64,000 nucleotides of DNA from Candidatus Saccharimonadales bacterium (GCA_041600715.1 JBFIJM010000002.1:5770-69769); one strand, 5' to 3'. Numbered from the stretch's first letter, positions 47,253 to 55,094 are shown. The notes: generated by a model not told the origin, from the sequence alone. Numbers and translations are program-made.

Positions 47253-48443
47253 TTACGCACTCTTTTGATTTCTTAATCTTTCTAATGACAATTCAACATA
47301 CTCTTCAATAGTCATGTCGAGGTCTTCAGCAGCACTAGACAACCTGTCTAATGACTCCTCTTGTTCGGACTTAGGATCATCATCATCTAAGTCCAACCCC
47401 ATGTCATCATAGAAGTCTACAGCGTCATCTACTGTAGCTGGGCCATAGGAGTCACAATTAAAGCAGTAGTTTTTTTCAGTTAGTTCATCAAGCAGCACCT
47501 CCCTACTACTACAATGCACACAATAATCTAGTGACACCGGAACATCATCCTCTTCAGTTGTTTCGATAGATGATAGTGGTGTTACCCTTCCAGGGTTCCA
47601 ATCCCAATCCCAATAGCTACTATGACCTGTTCTTCCTGAATAACCGCTATAGCCTCCGTATGGTGTTCGTGCAACCTTTCTATCTTCATCAGGCACTAGC
47701 CACATCTGTCCTGCCATAGCCTCAAATATTTCCAAGACAAACTCTAACGTCTCATCCACCTCACTGATTACAATGAACTCATTGTCAGAGTGTGGATCAT
47801 AGTACCCACATGACATATTCGCAACACACACCCCAAGTCCGTTGGTTACTAGCTGACACACATCAGTTAGTCCACCACTTGTTTCAGCCCTACTCCATTT
47901 GTCTAGTATTGCTGAGATGCCATGGCTGAACTCACTTGAGAACAGCTTGGTTCCGTATATCTCATTAACGAAATCCTTGTATCCTTTCCTGTCGCATTGC
48001 AGGGCGAACTCTACATCTTTAAAGAAGGACATATCTGCATCTGCACTACCGACACATCCGACCTCCTCATCTCTAAAGAAAGCTGCTTTACATACATCAA
48101 CCTCCTTGAGTATCTGTAGTGCCACAAACACACCGACCTTATCATCCCCTCCAATTCCAACTCGCTCCATAGTATCCCCATCTATTGAGAATAGTCTATC
48201 GCCAGAGTTGAACAGCAGGAAGTTATTAACAAGGTCGTGAACTGTGTCTGTGTGAGCAACAATACATGGGTAGCTTTCTGCCTCCCCTTTAGTGACGTAG
48301 ATGTTCTGCTTATCATTCACAACAGTTACCCCTTCGATCTGGGATAGCTCATTGAGAATAAAGGCAGTCATCTGCTCAGTTTTATACGATGTCGTTTGTA
48401 TGCACATCGTTTTGCATAGGTCTTTATATCTACTTTTATTCAT
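47253..48443 (-). CDS. M20/M42-type metallopeptidase-like protein with C-terminal zinc ribbon and acidic tail
   Basis: 396 aa. AHTDTV, GGDDKVG and RDEEVGCVGS fit the metal-ligand motifs of peptidase clan MH. Also has CVHC...CFNC near the C-terminus. Confidence 0.55.
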   Translation of the reverse strand: MNKSRYKDLCKTMCIQTTSYKTEQMTAFILNELSQIEGVTVVNDKQNIYVTKGEAESYPCIVAHTDTVHDLVNNFLLFNSGDRLFSIDGDTMERVGIGGDDKVGVFVALQILKEVDVCKAAFFRDEEVGCVGSADADMSFFKDVEFALQCDRKGYKDFVNEIYGTKLFSSEFSHGISAILDKWSRAETSGGLTDVCQLVTNGLGVCVANMSCGYYDPHSDNEFIVISEVDETLEFVLEIFEAMAGQMWLVPDEDRKVARTPYGGYSGYSGRTGHSSYWDWDWNPGRVTPLSSIETTEEDDVPVSLDYCVHCSSREVLLDELTEKNYCFNCDSYGPATVDDAVDFYDDMGLDLDDDDPKSEQEESLDRLSSAAEDLDMTIEEYVELSLERLRNQKSA

Positions 48444-48497
48444 AGTTATTTATTTTATTGATTTATAATTAATTGATAGTGAATGTTCGGTGTTATG
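48444..48497 (-). promoter_or_regulatory. conserved leftward intergenic element, copy E
   Basis: Gene-sense sequence is ATAACACCGAACATTCACTATCAATTAATTATAAATCAATAAAATAAATAACT-ATG. Confidence 0.5.
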
Positions 48498-49776
48498 CGG
48501 CAGCGGCATCATCTTCATCAGAAGGTAGCACCCAATTTCCATCGTCATTCATCTCATACCCTTCAGCTTCATAAGCAGCAGCAACATGGCCTTCGTGAAC
48601 GTCCATGCCTAACTCTTCAAGATAAATTAAATCAACCTCTCCGTTATAGTAGTCTGTTCCGTCATATCCACAGGTAACAATGTCATCACATAGAACATAG
48701 CCTCCGTATGAAGCTACATAGACAACATCATCATTATGAGAACTTGTCCATTGTCCATTAGGCAATTGAACAGCATCTTCACTCAAGATAGACACATCGT
48801 TAACGTCATCATACGTACATTCATCTTGGTGAGCCCAATCATCACGACACTCTAGGTAGTTCATATCGTCAACATGGAATCTATCACCCCTAACACAGCA
48901 CTCACGATAATCTTCACCACCCTGTCTACCTCCTCCTGTTTCGTTACAGACATACTCATGAGATGAATTACAATCGTTGCTCGTAGTTCCTTCTGACATA
49001 TACTTGAAGGTATCCATGTAAGGCCAATGGTCATGCTCTGTGTTTAGTGAGAATGTAAGCCTCTCAGTAAAACGGTCTCCACCAGGATTCACCCAATCAA
49101 CATCGTCATCGTATGATTGTCTATACTTACGGTTAAGACCGTTATCCTTAGCATAGTTTATGAACTTCTCTACAGTTGCGTTTGTCCCGTAGATTCTATC
49201 CATCCACACACCATCCCACAGCAAGGCTCGACCTAATAGTTTTCCTCCCTTGACTAGGATAACCATTTGGACTAGCTGAGGGTTCTTTACGTACACATCG
49301 AAGCACTCAGGGATGTTGTGCCTCATGCAAGAATTTGATAGTGTATCGGTGTTATCAGCGTACCTTGATCCGTTGTACCAGTAGGCGATGTCGTCACCCT
49401 TAACGATACTAAACTCCCCATCGGACACTTCTGCCTTAAGGAAGTTAACTAGGTTTTCGAGGTCTGCATCTATGTACTCAAACCGAGGCACTTGCTCTGT
49501 AAGAACCTTCTTTAAGACCTTTCCATATTTACCTTCTTGCCGGTTTTCCCTGCTCCAAGATTCATTTCCATCGTCGGCCTCGCTCACAATGGTTTGTTTT
49601 TTTGGTGGACAGAATGTCATCACCTTATCCTTTCTGATAGTGATGTTTCTCAAACTGTCCTCATGATACTCGTATTTAGCGAGTCGCGTCAACATCTTAG
49701 CTACTTTATTGTCTGTTTTCGACAATATCTCATAAAAGCTAGTGGACACTAATTTCAATTTAGTTGCTCTCTGCAT
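48493..49776 (-). CDS. hypothetical protein, acidic Asp/Cys/Tyr-rich C-terminal half
   Basis: 427-aa ORF. No family recognised. Confidence 0.65.
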   Translation of the reverse strand: MQRATKLKLVSTSFYEILSKTDNKVAKMLTRLAKYEYHEDSLRNITIRKDKVMTFCPPKKQTIVSEADDGNESWSRENRQEGKYGKVLKKVLTEQVPRFEYIDADLENLVNFLKAEVSDGEFSIVKGDDIAYWYNGSRYADNTDTLSNSCMRHNIPECFDVYVKNPQLVQMVILVKGGKLLGRALLWDGVWMDRIYGTNATVEKFINYAKDNGLNRKYRQSYDDDVDWVNPGGDRFTERLTFSLNTEHDHWPYMDTFKYMSEGTTSNDCNSSHEYVCNETGGGRQGGEDYRECCVRGDRFHVDDMNYLECRDDWAHQDECTYDDVNDVSILSEDAVQLPNGQWTSSHNDDVVYVASYGGYVLCDDIVTCGYDGTDYYNGEVDLIYLEELGMDVHEGHVAAAYEAEGYEMNDDGNWVLPSDEDDAAAA

Positions 49777-49826
49777 TTTAATTGATTTTGGTTAGTAATT
49801 GATTGATAACTGATTTTCGGTGTTAA
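49777..49826 (-). promoter_or_regulatory. conserved leftward intergenic element, copy F
   Basis: Gene-sense sequence is TTAACACCGAAAATCAGTTATCAATCAATTACTAACCAAAATCAATTAAA-ATG. Confidence 0.5.
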
Positions 49827-49987
49827 GACTTCCTGTCTATACCCATTGGTATAAACGATATAAGAACAAACGACACCACACCAAAGAAAAATGCTATAGG
49901 CATTAGTCCCAGGTGTTCTGCTGTTATTGATAGGATTATACTCAGCACTATGCAAACTACACAGACTGTTGTTTCTGATTTTTTCAT
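49823..49987 (-). CDS. 54-aa two-TM membrane protein (below cut-off)
   Basis: My codon-by-codon translation is MKKSETTVCVVCIVLSIILSITAEHLGLMPIAFFFGVVSFVLISFIPMGIDRKS*. Preferred over ORF-track 49755..49955, which reads through the repeat element. Confidence 0.5.
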   Translation of the reverse strand: MKKSETTVCVVCIVLSIILSITAEHLGLMPIAFFFGVVSFVLISFIPMGIDRKS

Positions 49988-50040
49988 TACTTTAGGTTTT
50001 GGTTAATAATTGATTTTCGTGAATAATATGAGCGTGATTA
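49988..50040 (-). promoter_or_regulatory. conserved leftward element, copy G (AATCACGCTCAT variant)
   Basis: Gene-sense sequence is TTAATCACGCTCATATTATTCACGAAAATCAATTATTAACCAAAACCTAAAGTA-ATG. Confidence 0.45.
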
Positions 50041-50595
50041 ACCTTCTAGGTCTTTATTGCTCCTAATGACTTTGTTTCTAATCCTGGTGATGATGTATCC
50101 ATCACTTAAAGAGGTAGACTCTCCATAACTTAGTAATGACATTTTATCTATAACTTCTTCTATCTCCGAAAACATCAGGCCTCCTCCATACCCCTTCATA
50201 TCTGCTATCGTAAAATTAATTGGTGTCATTTCTCCGAACTCATCCAATAAAGTGAACTGCTTGTCTTCCATAGTTTTAATGAAATCCTCCTCCATTTGGA
50301 TGTACATCTTCTTGATTTCGATTGTTTTCTCTAGCACATAGTTGAAGTCGTGCTCTTCAATGTTGTTGTATGAGTGGGCTGTATCAAACCCTAAGACAAT
50401 ATAATCTCCAATATCTTTATTGTAGGTACATTCTTCCCCACATTTGTCCGACATATCTTGGTCGTATTGACTAATTAAGTTAGCAACCCTTGAGTCTTTA
50501 GGTATCATAACATACCCACAACCCCAACCAGTTTTGGCTGTATTTATCCATTCTCTGTCGTACCCAACAAGGTACATTTGAAATTCTTTTTTCAT
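50038..50595 (-). CDS. hypothetical protein
   Basis: 185-aa ORF. Confidence 0.6.
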   Translation of the reverse strand: MKKEFQMYLVGYDREWINTAKTGWGCGYVMIPKDSRVANLISQYDQDMSDKCGEECTYNKDIGDYIVLGFDTAHSYNNIEEHDFNYVLEKTIEIKKMYIQMEEDFIKTMEDKQFTLLDEFGEMTPINFTIADMKGYGGGLMFSEIEEVIDKMSLLSYGESTSLSDGYIITRIRNKVIRSNKDLEG

Positions 50596-50655
50596 GATAT
50601 ATAATTTAGGTTAATACTTTCGGTGTTAAAAGGTGATAGTGATTTTTCGGTGTTA
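50596..50655 (-). promoter_or_regulatory. conserved leftward element, copy H (distal box duplicated)
   Basis: Gene-sense sequence is GTAACACCGAAAAATCACTATCACCTTTTAACACCGAAAGTATTAACCTAAATTATATATC-ATG. Confidence 0.5.
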
Positions 50656-51123
50656 CTTCTTATCGAAGTTCCAAGTGTACCCCATTTGACCAAGGAAGTA
50701 GTATGTCTCTCCGAATAGTTCTTCTGCATGGGCATGGTGGGTAAACAGTTCACCACATGAGTTCTCAATAATAGTGAGCGTACCATCCTTAAAAGTTAGT
50801 GTCTGCCCTTCATCCTCTCCCCAATCATAAGTTAGCTCCTTACAGAGGCTCTCAATGTGCTTCTCGTGGATGTATGGCATAGCCCATCCGTTCCATCTCT
50901 CATTCTTATTGATGACGGCATCGTATTTCTCTCCGTCATCGAAGTATGCTACGCCCTGGACGTATACCTGTGGCACGAAGTCCACCTCGGTTACTGATAC
51001 TGCATCAAACTTCTCTATTGTGAACCCGGTTCCACCTAATAGGTAGCCTCTATCGTTCTTGGTAGCGTATTGTTTGTTACCGTCTTTCCGTAGTACTTCG
51101 TACCATTGTGTTTTGTTGCTCAT
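50653..51123 (-). CDS. hypothetical protein
   Basis: 156-aa ORF. Confidence 0.6.
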   Translation of the reverse strand: MSNKTQWYEVLRKDGNKQYATKNDRGYLLGGTGFTIEKFDAVSVTEVDFVPQVYVQGVAYFDDGEKYDAVINKNERWNGWAMPYIHEKHIESLCKELTYDWGEDEGQTLTFKDGTLTIIENSCGELFTHHAHAEELFGETYYFLGQMGYTWNFDKK

Positions 51124-51286
51124 ATCTATAATTTTTGGGATTAATACTGATTTTCGGTGTTGCCTTACTGTCCTGAAATGAGCGTGATTGCTTGTCGTAT
51201 CTTGCCTTAGCAGTACGATAGAACTCAGCGTAGTATTCCTGGTAGGTCGGCCTGTGATCTATGAATAGGTCTAGTTGTCTACTCAT
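51077..51286 (-). CDS. hypothetical protein (3' end uncertain)
   Basis: 69-aa ORF. Its last ~20 codons read through element copy I and overlap the next gene by 47 nt. Confidence 0.4.
   Translation of the reverse strand: MSRQLDLFIDHRPTYQEYYAEFYRTAKARYDKQSRSFQDSKATPKISINPKNYRYEQQNTMVRSTTERR
51124..51190 (-). promoter_or_regulatory. conserved leftward element, copy I
   Basis: Gene-sense sequence is AATCACGCTCATTTCAGGACAGTAAGGCAACACCGAAAATCAGTATTAATCCCAAAAATTATAGAT-ATG. Confidence 0.45.
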
Positions 51287-51521
51287 GACCTATCTCCCAT
51301 TGGTATATGTCTAGCACATCCTTAGCGGATAGCTTGTCGAACTGCATATCGAATAGCTTCACATACGTTAGCTTATCAATCCTGCTTAGACTTCTAAACC
51401 AATCGTTAGCTACGCATAGCTCTAGGTGTCTATCCATCTCGGCCTTCACCTTGTCTTTGGTCTCTTGAGTGACCATCTCGCCTACCTTGTCAAAGGCCCA
51501 GCCTATTTTTCGTTTGCTCAT
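51279..51521 (-). CDS. hypothetical protein
   Basis: 80-aa ORF. Confidence 0.55.
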   Translation of the reverse strand: MSKRKIGWAFDKVGEMVTQETKDKVKAEMDRHLELCVANDWFRSLSRIDKLTYVKLFDMQFDKLSAKDVLDIYQWEIGHE

Positions 51522-51535
51522 GACATTTCGGTGTT
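51522..51535 (-). promoter_or_regulatory. short form of the leftward element
   Basis: Gene-sense sequence is TTAACACCGAAATGTC-ATG; the TAA is the upstream stop codon. Confidence 0.4.
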
Positions 51536-51773
51536 AATTATTAGTAAAATAGAACTCAGACAGTATGTACCCTACCTCACAAGTCTTAACCTGCTCAGTA
51601 TAGTCTATACCATCCCCATTCCTTTCTATTTCTTGTCTTAGCTTGCCTGTTGAGGCTATAACGTGTAGCTCCCATTCCAACTGATTTAACTTCTCCAGTA
51701 GGTATTGGTATGCTAGTTCAGCTACGAACGCATAAAGCTGCTCAAGGCTGATTGATGCTCTAGGTTCTTTCAT
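51534..51773 (-). CDS. hypothetical protein
   Basis: 79-aa ORF. Confidence 0.55.
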   Translation of the reverse strand: MKEPRASISLEQLYAFVAELAYQYLLEKLNQLEWELHVIASTGKLRQEIERNGDGIDYTEQVKTCEVGYILSEFYFTNN

Positions 51774-51775
51774 AG

Positions 51776-51949
51776 CTATCGGATTACTCTTATTCTTCGT
51801 TTACGAACTAATATCCCATTGATGAACTTCCCAATGATGTCGTACTGTCCTTTGCCATCGTGTTCGGTGTCAATGATTCTGTACTCAGGGATACATTTAA
51901 CTTCATGTTCCTTTTGTGGCGCGTTGCCTCTCTGCTTTGGCTTTTTCAT
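51776..51949 (-). CDS. 57-aa basic protein (below cut-off)
   Basis: My translation is MKKPKQRGNAPQKEHEVKCIPEYRIIDTEHDGKGQYDIIGKFINGILVRKRRIRVIR*. Its stop lies 2 nt before the next ATG. Confidence 0.45.
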   Translation of the reverse strand: MKKPKQRGNAPQKEHEVKCIPEYRIIDTEHDGKGQYDIIGKFINGILVRKRRIRVIR

Positions 51950-52228
51950 TTTTAGATTGCCTGTTTCCAGGGCTTATTGGTTTGCCAGTTGGATGGGTAT
52001 TGCTCCCACTTACGCAGTCGTTCTGCTCCAACCGGTTTAGGTACTCTATTCTATTACCTTTTCATAACTCACCTCCTTTTTTTCCTACGCCCATTATGAG
52101 CGTGATTAACATTCCCTACTACTTGCTACAAGAGCAGGATGAACCGTGACTCACTGCGTTACATACTATGCACACAGGCATTGACACGGCTATTCTAATT
52201 GGTTCCCTCATGATTTCCGGTTTTATGG

Positions 52229-52414
52229 CTACATAGCCGTTAGTATTACTCTTAACTTTAATTCATTTGCGAATCGCTCCGCTGCTACCAGGCAGTACGA
52301 GGCTTTCTCATTGTCCCCTTCAAAGAAAGCGTCTGAAGCCTTCTCATTGAAAAATTGTACTCGTTCTACTAGCTCGTGGAACGATAACTCATTCATGTCT
52401 TCGTATGCTTTCAT
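52229..52414 (-). CDS. hypothetical protein
   Basis: 61-aa acidic helical ORF. Confidence 0.5.
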   Translation of the reverse strand: MKAYEDMNELSFHELVERVQFFNEKASDAFFEGDNEKASYCLVAAERFANELKLRVILTAM

Positions 52415-52440
52415 AACATTTCGGTGTTAATTAATAATTG
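52415..52440 (-). promoter_or_regulatory. short form of the leftward element
   Basis: Gene-sense sequence is CAATTATTAATTAACACCGAAATGTT-ATG. Confidence 0.4.
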
Positions 52441-52493
52441 TCCACTAATAGGGCATTGATCCCTCTGGTTAGTCATTCTAAACTAGTGGATAT

Positions 52494-52531
52494 AAAAAAA
52501 GGCCACAACTATTAAGTCGTGACCTTTTTTC
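52494..52531 (-). terminator. intrinsic terminator after gene 52543..53019 (A-run/T-run on both sides, possibly bidirectional)
   Basis: AGGCCAC (52500-06) pairs with GTGACCT (52519-25) with one mismatch. It is flanked by A7 and T6 runs. Confidence 0.5.
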
Positions 52532-52542
52532 TGATTGTGCTA

Positions 52543-53019
52543 CTACTTACCTAAATCAGCTTTCTTGTCCATCGCCTTTTGTTGTTTCTCAGCTTTGATG
52601 GCTCTCGCAGTGTTCAGGTCGTTCTTTTTCAGGATTTCGTTGCACATCAGTGCCACCTGATGAACGCTAACAAACGGCAAGTCCTTGTACTTGCTTTCGT
52701 CCTTGTGTAGGCACAGACTTTTGAAGCTGATTGCCTCCATTTGTTTCGGTGTTAAGACCTTCTTAGCTTGTGACACGTACCTTTTGAACGCTTGTGATAT
52801 TGTTACCGCGTCTAGGTGTACTAATCTACTTGCCTCTAATAGTCGGTCGTAGCTTCCTGCCTCCGCCTTATTGAAGTTCGCACTCTTCTCTGCTTTTAGC
52901 AAGATAGCCTTGCTTACCTTTGGTATTGCTACCTTTTTTGGCTCAGCCTTAGCCTTAGCCTTTTCTTGTGGTTTGGTAGCCTTGCTACTCTTCGCCACAC
53001 TCTTTCCAATTTTTGTCAT
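52543..53019 (-). CDS. Lys/Ala-rich N-terminus protein, first leftward early gene
   Basis: 158 aa. The N-terminal 45 aa are KAK-rich (histone-like composition). The gene stands alone between the long leader region and a terminator. Confidence 0.6.
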   Translation of the reverse strand: MTKIGKSVAKSSKATKPQEKAKAKAEPKKVAIPKVSKAILLKAEKSANFNKAEAGSYDRLLEASRLVHLDAVTISQAFKRYVSQAKKVLTPKQMEAISFKSLCLHKDESKYKDLPFVSVHQVALMCNEILKKNDLNTARAIKAEKQQKAMDKKADLGK

Positions 53020-54228
53020 TGGTTGCTCGTGCCTATTTCTAGGGCTTTATTGGTTAGCCAAAACCTCGGGGTTCGCTCCCGTCCAGACGGATCTGGGCCA
53101 AGTCTACTTGGAGGTTTCGGTATTAATAACTGATTGAATCTCAGGTTCTCTCATTCACCACAGTTAAGGGCATCACCTTGCATTTATTAGTCGGATGTAT
53201 TTTATTCGTCCGACGGAGGTACTTCTAATTTCCCTCCACACATTCGCATTTATTGTATTACACCCTAGACTCTCTCTAGGTTGCCGAATAGCCTTCGACT
53301 GCTATTCGTTCCCCTGTATCGGGGCGGAAGGCGCATCTTTTTACGCTATCTGATTTATAGTGCAGTTTTCACCGTTCAGAACCTCGTAGGGTATACTAGG
53401 GCATAAACCCACACCTATTAATGACATTTAACACTTTTCAAACGCAACCCCTCAAAGAAGGTAAAACAAAATTCAGTTTTAAGGTATAGAGCGCTTTTCC
53501 GTCGAATTTTTAATGTGGTACGGTTCCCACGGGTTTTTTACGCCTAATCTCGCTATGTCCCCACCTTACTAGTACTGTGCCTTTCAACTCTGTAGTGGCA
53601 TCTGCCTGATGACTCGCATCGTTTACTACTCAAGGCACTATATGTTTGTGCGGTTAATCAATTCGTGATGTGTTGTTGAATTGATAGTTCAAATGTATGA
53701 AAACTTATATGTATTTTCCAAGCACAAAATTTAAATCAGGTGTAAAGAATTGATTATCAGATAATTAAACTTGATATATAGCACTGGATTTAACCATAGA
53801 AAAGTTGTAATTAGGGGTAGAAACTAGGGAAATTCGAGGGGTTTATACACACAAAGCAACCCCATAAAAGGGGATATATAAGACAAGGGGCAAACAACCC
53901 CACCAACGCACACAATAATAGGTAACACATTCATTTACAGCACTTTAGTATAAAAGAATTGTCATATAATTAGAATTATGTTAAATAGAAGGGGCTAAAA
54001 ATATAGCTAATCCAGGTAAAGGATCACACGAGGTAACATAGGCTAACTCGCTGAAAAACAATCCCTTAAAAAATCGGGGGGTGGGGTAAAAAGAACGGAT
54101 TTCGTATCCCGTAGTCGCGCCCCCGGTTGTATAATATTACCCACCCCCCACATCTGCGTGAAAAAAAGGTGGCAAAAAGCTTGTTTTTATGAAAAGTAAA
54201 GTGTTACATTTGTACACTCATCACGACG
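53020..54228. other. 1.2-kb ORF-free, hairpin-rich divergent control region (candidate ncRNA/leader/origin)
   Basis: Apart from the 3' end of ORF 52871..53137(+), which I reject, no ORF-track entry of 60 aa or more lies here on either strand. Visibly richer in G/C runs than the flanks, with multiple stems (see findings). Confidence 0.55.
54205..54212 (+). promoter_or_regulatory. candidate -7 box TACATTTG for rightward early genes
   Basis: Exact TAnnTTTG 17 nt upstream of the ATG at 54229, with a TTG about 24 nt further upstream. Confidence 0.3.
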
Positions 54229-54471
54229 ATGGAGACAAACAATTGTGTTATTATGGGTATAAAAGAGCAAATATTGGATGAAATAGCGTTAAAGAAGCGT
54301 GTTCGGGGGTCCGGTGTTAATTTAAAGGCTATAGCTAAGGATACTGGTTTGAGTTATAACGGGTTGTTGAAGTGGCGTAACGAGCCTGAGAGGAGTATAG
54401 GTGATAAGAGCCTGGATAAGATAGCCAAGGCGTTGGGAAAGCGTATAATATTGATAAATCGGGATATATGA
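54229..54471 (+). CDS. Cro/XRE-type helix-turn-helix regulator
   Basis: 80 aa. LKAIAKDTGLSYNGLLKWRN...LDKIAKALG is a typical XRE HTH pattern. First rightward gene after the control region. Confidence 0.6.
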   Translation: METNNCVIMGIKEQILDEIALKKRVRGSGVNLKAIAKDTGLSYNGLLKWRNEPERSIGDKSLDKIAKALGKRIILINRDI

Positions 54472-54866
54472 GTGATTATGTAAAGGGCCAGGAGGATTTG
54501 ATAAAGCATATCAAGGATGGTATGGTTGACATTGTGAACACTACGACTGGATCAGCGATGTATGAGTCAATAATGGAGTTTTTGATGGCGTTGGAGCCTA
54601 TTGATGATTGGACTTTGTTTAAGACGGGCGAAGGTGAGGATGAGTCTAATCATTTGGAGTTGGATAGGGGTACTTATGAGTACTTGCGAGGGAGAGTTGC
54701 CGAAATAGTGGAGGAGTATGAGGAGGGGGGTATTATGTTGGTTACTGATAATGATCCTGAGAACATGAATATTCATGCCTGGGAATTTGCCTCGAAGAAG
54801 GGGTGGGAGTTCTCACTGATGATTGGAAAAAAGACTAAATGGAAGACATTCACCCCTAAAAACTAA
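54468..54866 (+). CDS. hypothetical acidic protein
   Basis: 132-aa ORF ending in ...FTPKN, encoded by the junction motif. Confidence 0.6.
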   Translation: MSDYVKGQEDLIKHIKDGMVDIVNTTTGSAMYESIMEFLMALEPIDDWTLFKTGEGEDESNHLELDRGTYEYLRGRVAEIVEEYEEGGIMLVTDNDPENMNIHAWEFASKKGWEFSLMIGKKTKWKTFTPKN

Positions 54867-54871
54867 ACAAG

Positions 54872-54979
54872 ATGATTGAAATATTAAGAGGAAGTATTTT
54901 TTTACAGATATTATTATTTGCGGTAATTTGTCCTGCTCTTATGGCTTATTGTGTGTATAAATCAAAACCTAAAAACTAA
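54872..54979 (+). CDS. 35-aa membrane mini-protein (below cut-off)
   Basis: My translation is MIEILRGSIFLQILLFAVICPALMAYCVYKSKPKN*. Bounded by junction motifs. Confidence 0.4.
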   Translation: MIEILRGSIFLQILLFAVICPALMAYCVYKSKPKN

Positions 54980-54983
54980 ACAG

Positions 54984-55094
54984 ATGGAAAATACAATTTT
55001 AATACTGCCGATTTTATGTATTTCTTGGAACGATGTAAACGAAAAAGAATTAACAATAGGATGGCTAACTTTTACTTGTACAATAAAATTTTAA
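54984..55094 (+). CDS. 36-aa mini-protein (below cut-off)
   Basis: My translation is MENTILILPILCISWNDVNEKELTIGWLTFTCTIKF*. Bounded by junction motifs. Confidence 0.35.
   Translation: MENTILILPILCISWNDVNEKELTIGWLTFTCTIKF

Noticed and set aside
49755-50786. ORF-track entries 49755..49955(-) and 50592..50786(-).
   Set aside because: Both run through the intergenic repeat elements and overlap better-supported genes: the 54-aa TM gene 49823..49987 and 50653..51123.
53055-53080. tRNA-like T-arm (CGGG-GTTCGCT-CCCG) in the non-coding region.
   Set aside because: Position 58 of the loop is not A. I could find no matching acceptor stem, D-arm or anticodon arm on either side. Checking with tRNAscan is still worthwhile.
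51819-53137. Plus-strand ORFs 51819..52040, 51916..52149 and 52871..53137 in the leftward block.
   Set aside because: They are hydrophobic and low-complexity, overlap each other or minus-strand genes, and have no upstream signal. They sit in a block otherwise transcribed leftward.
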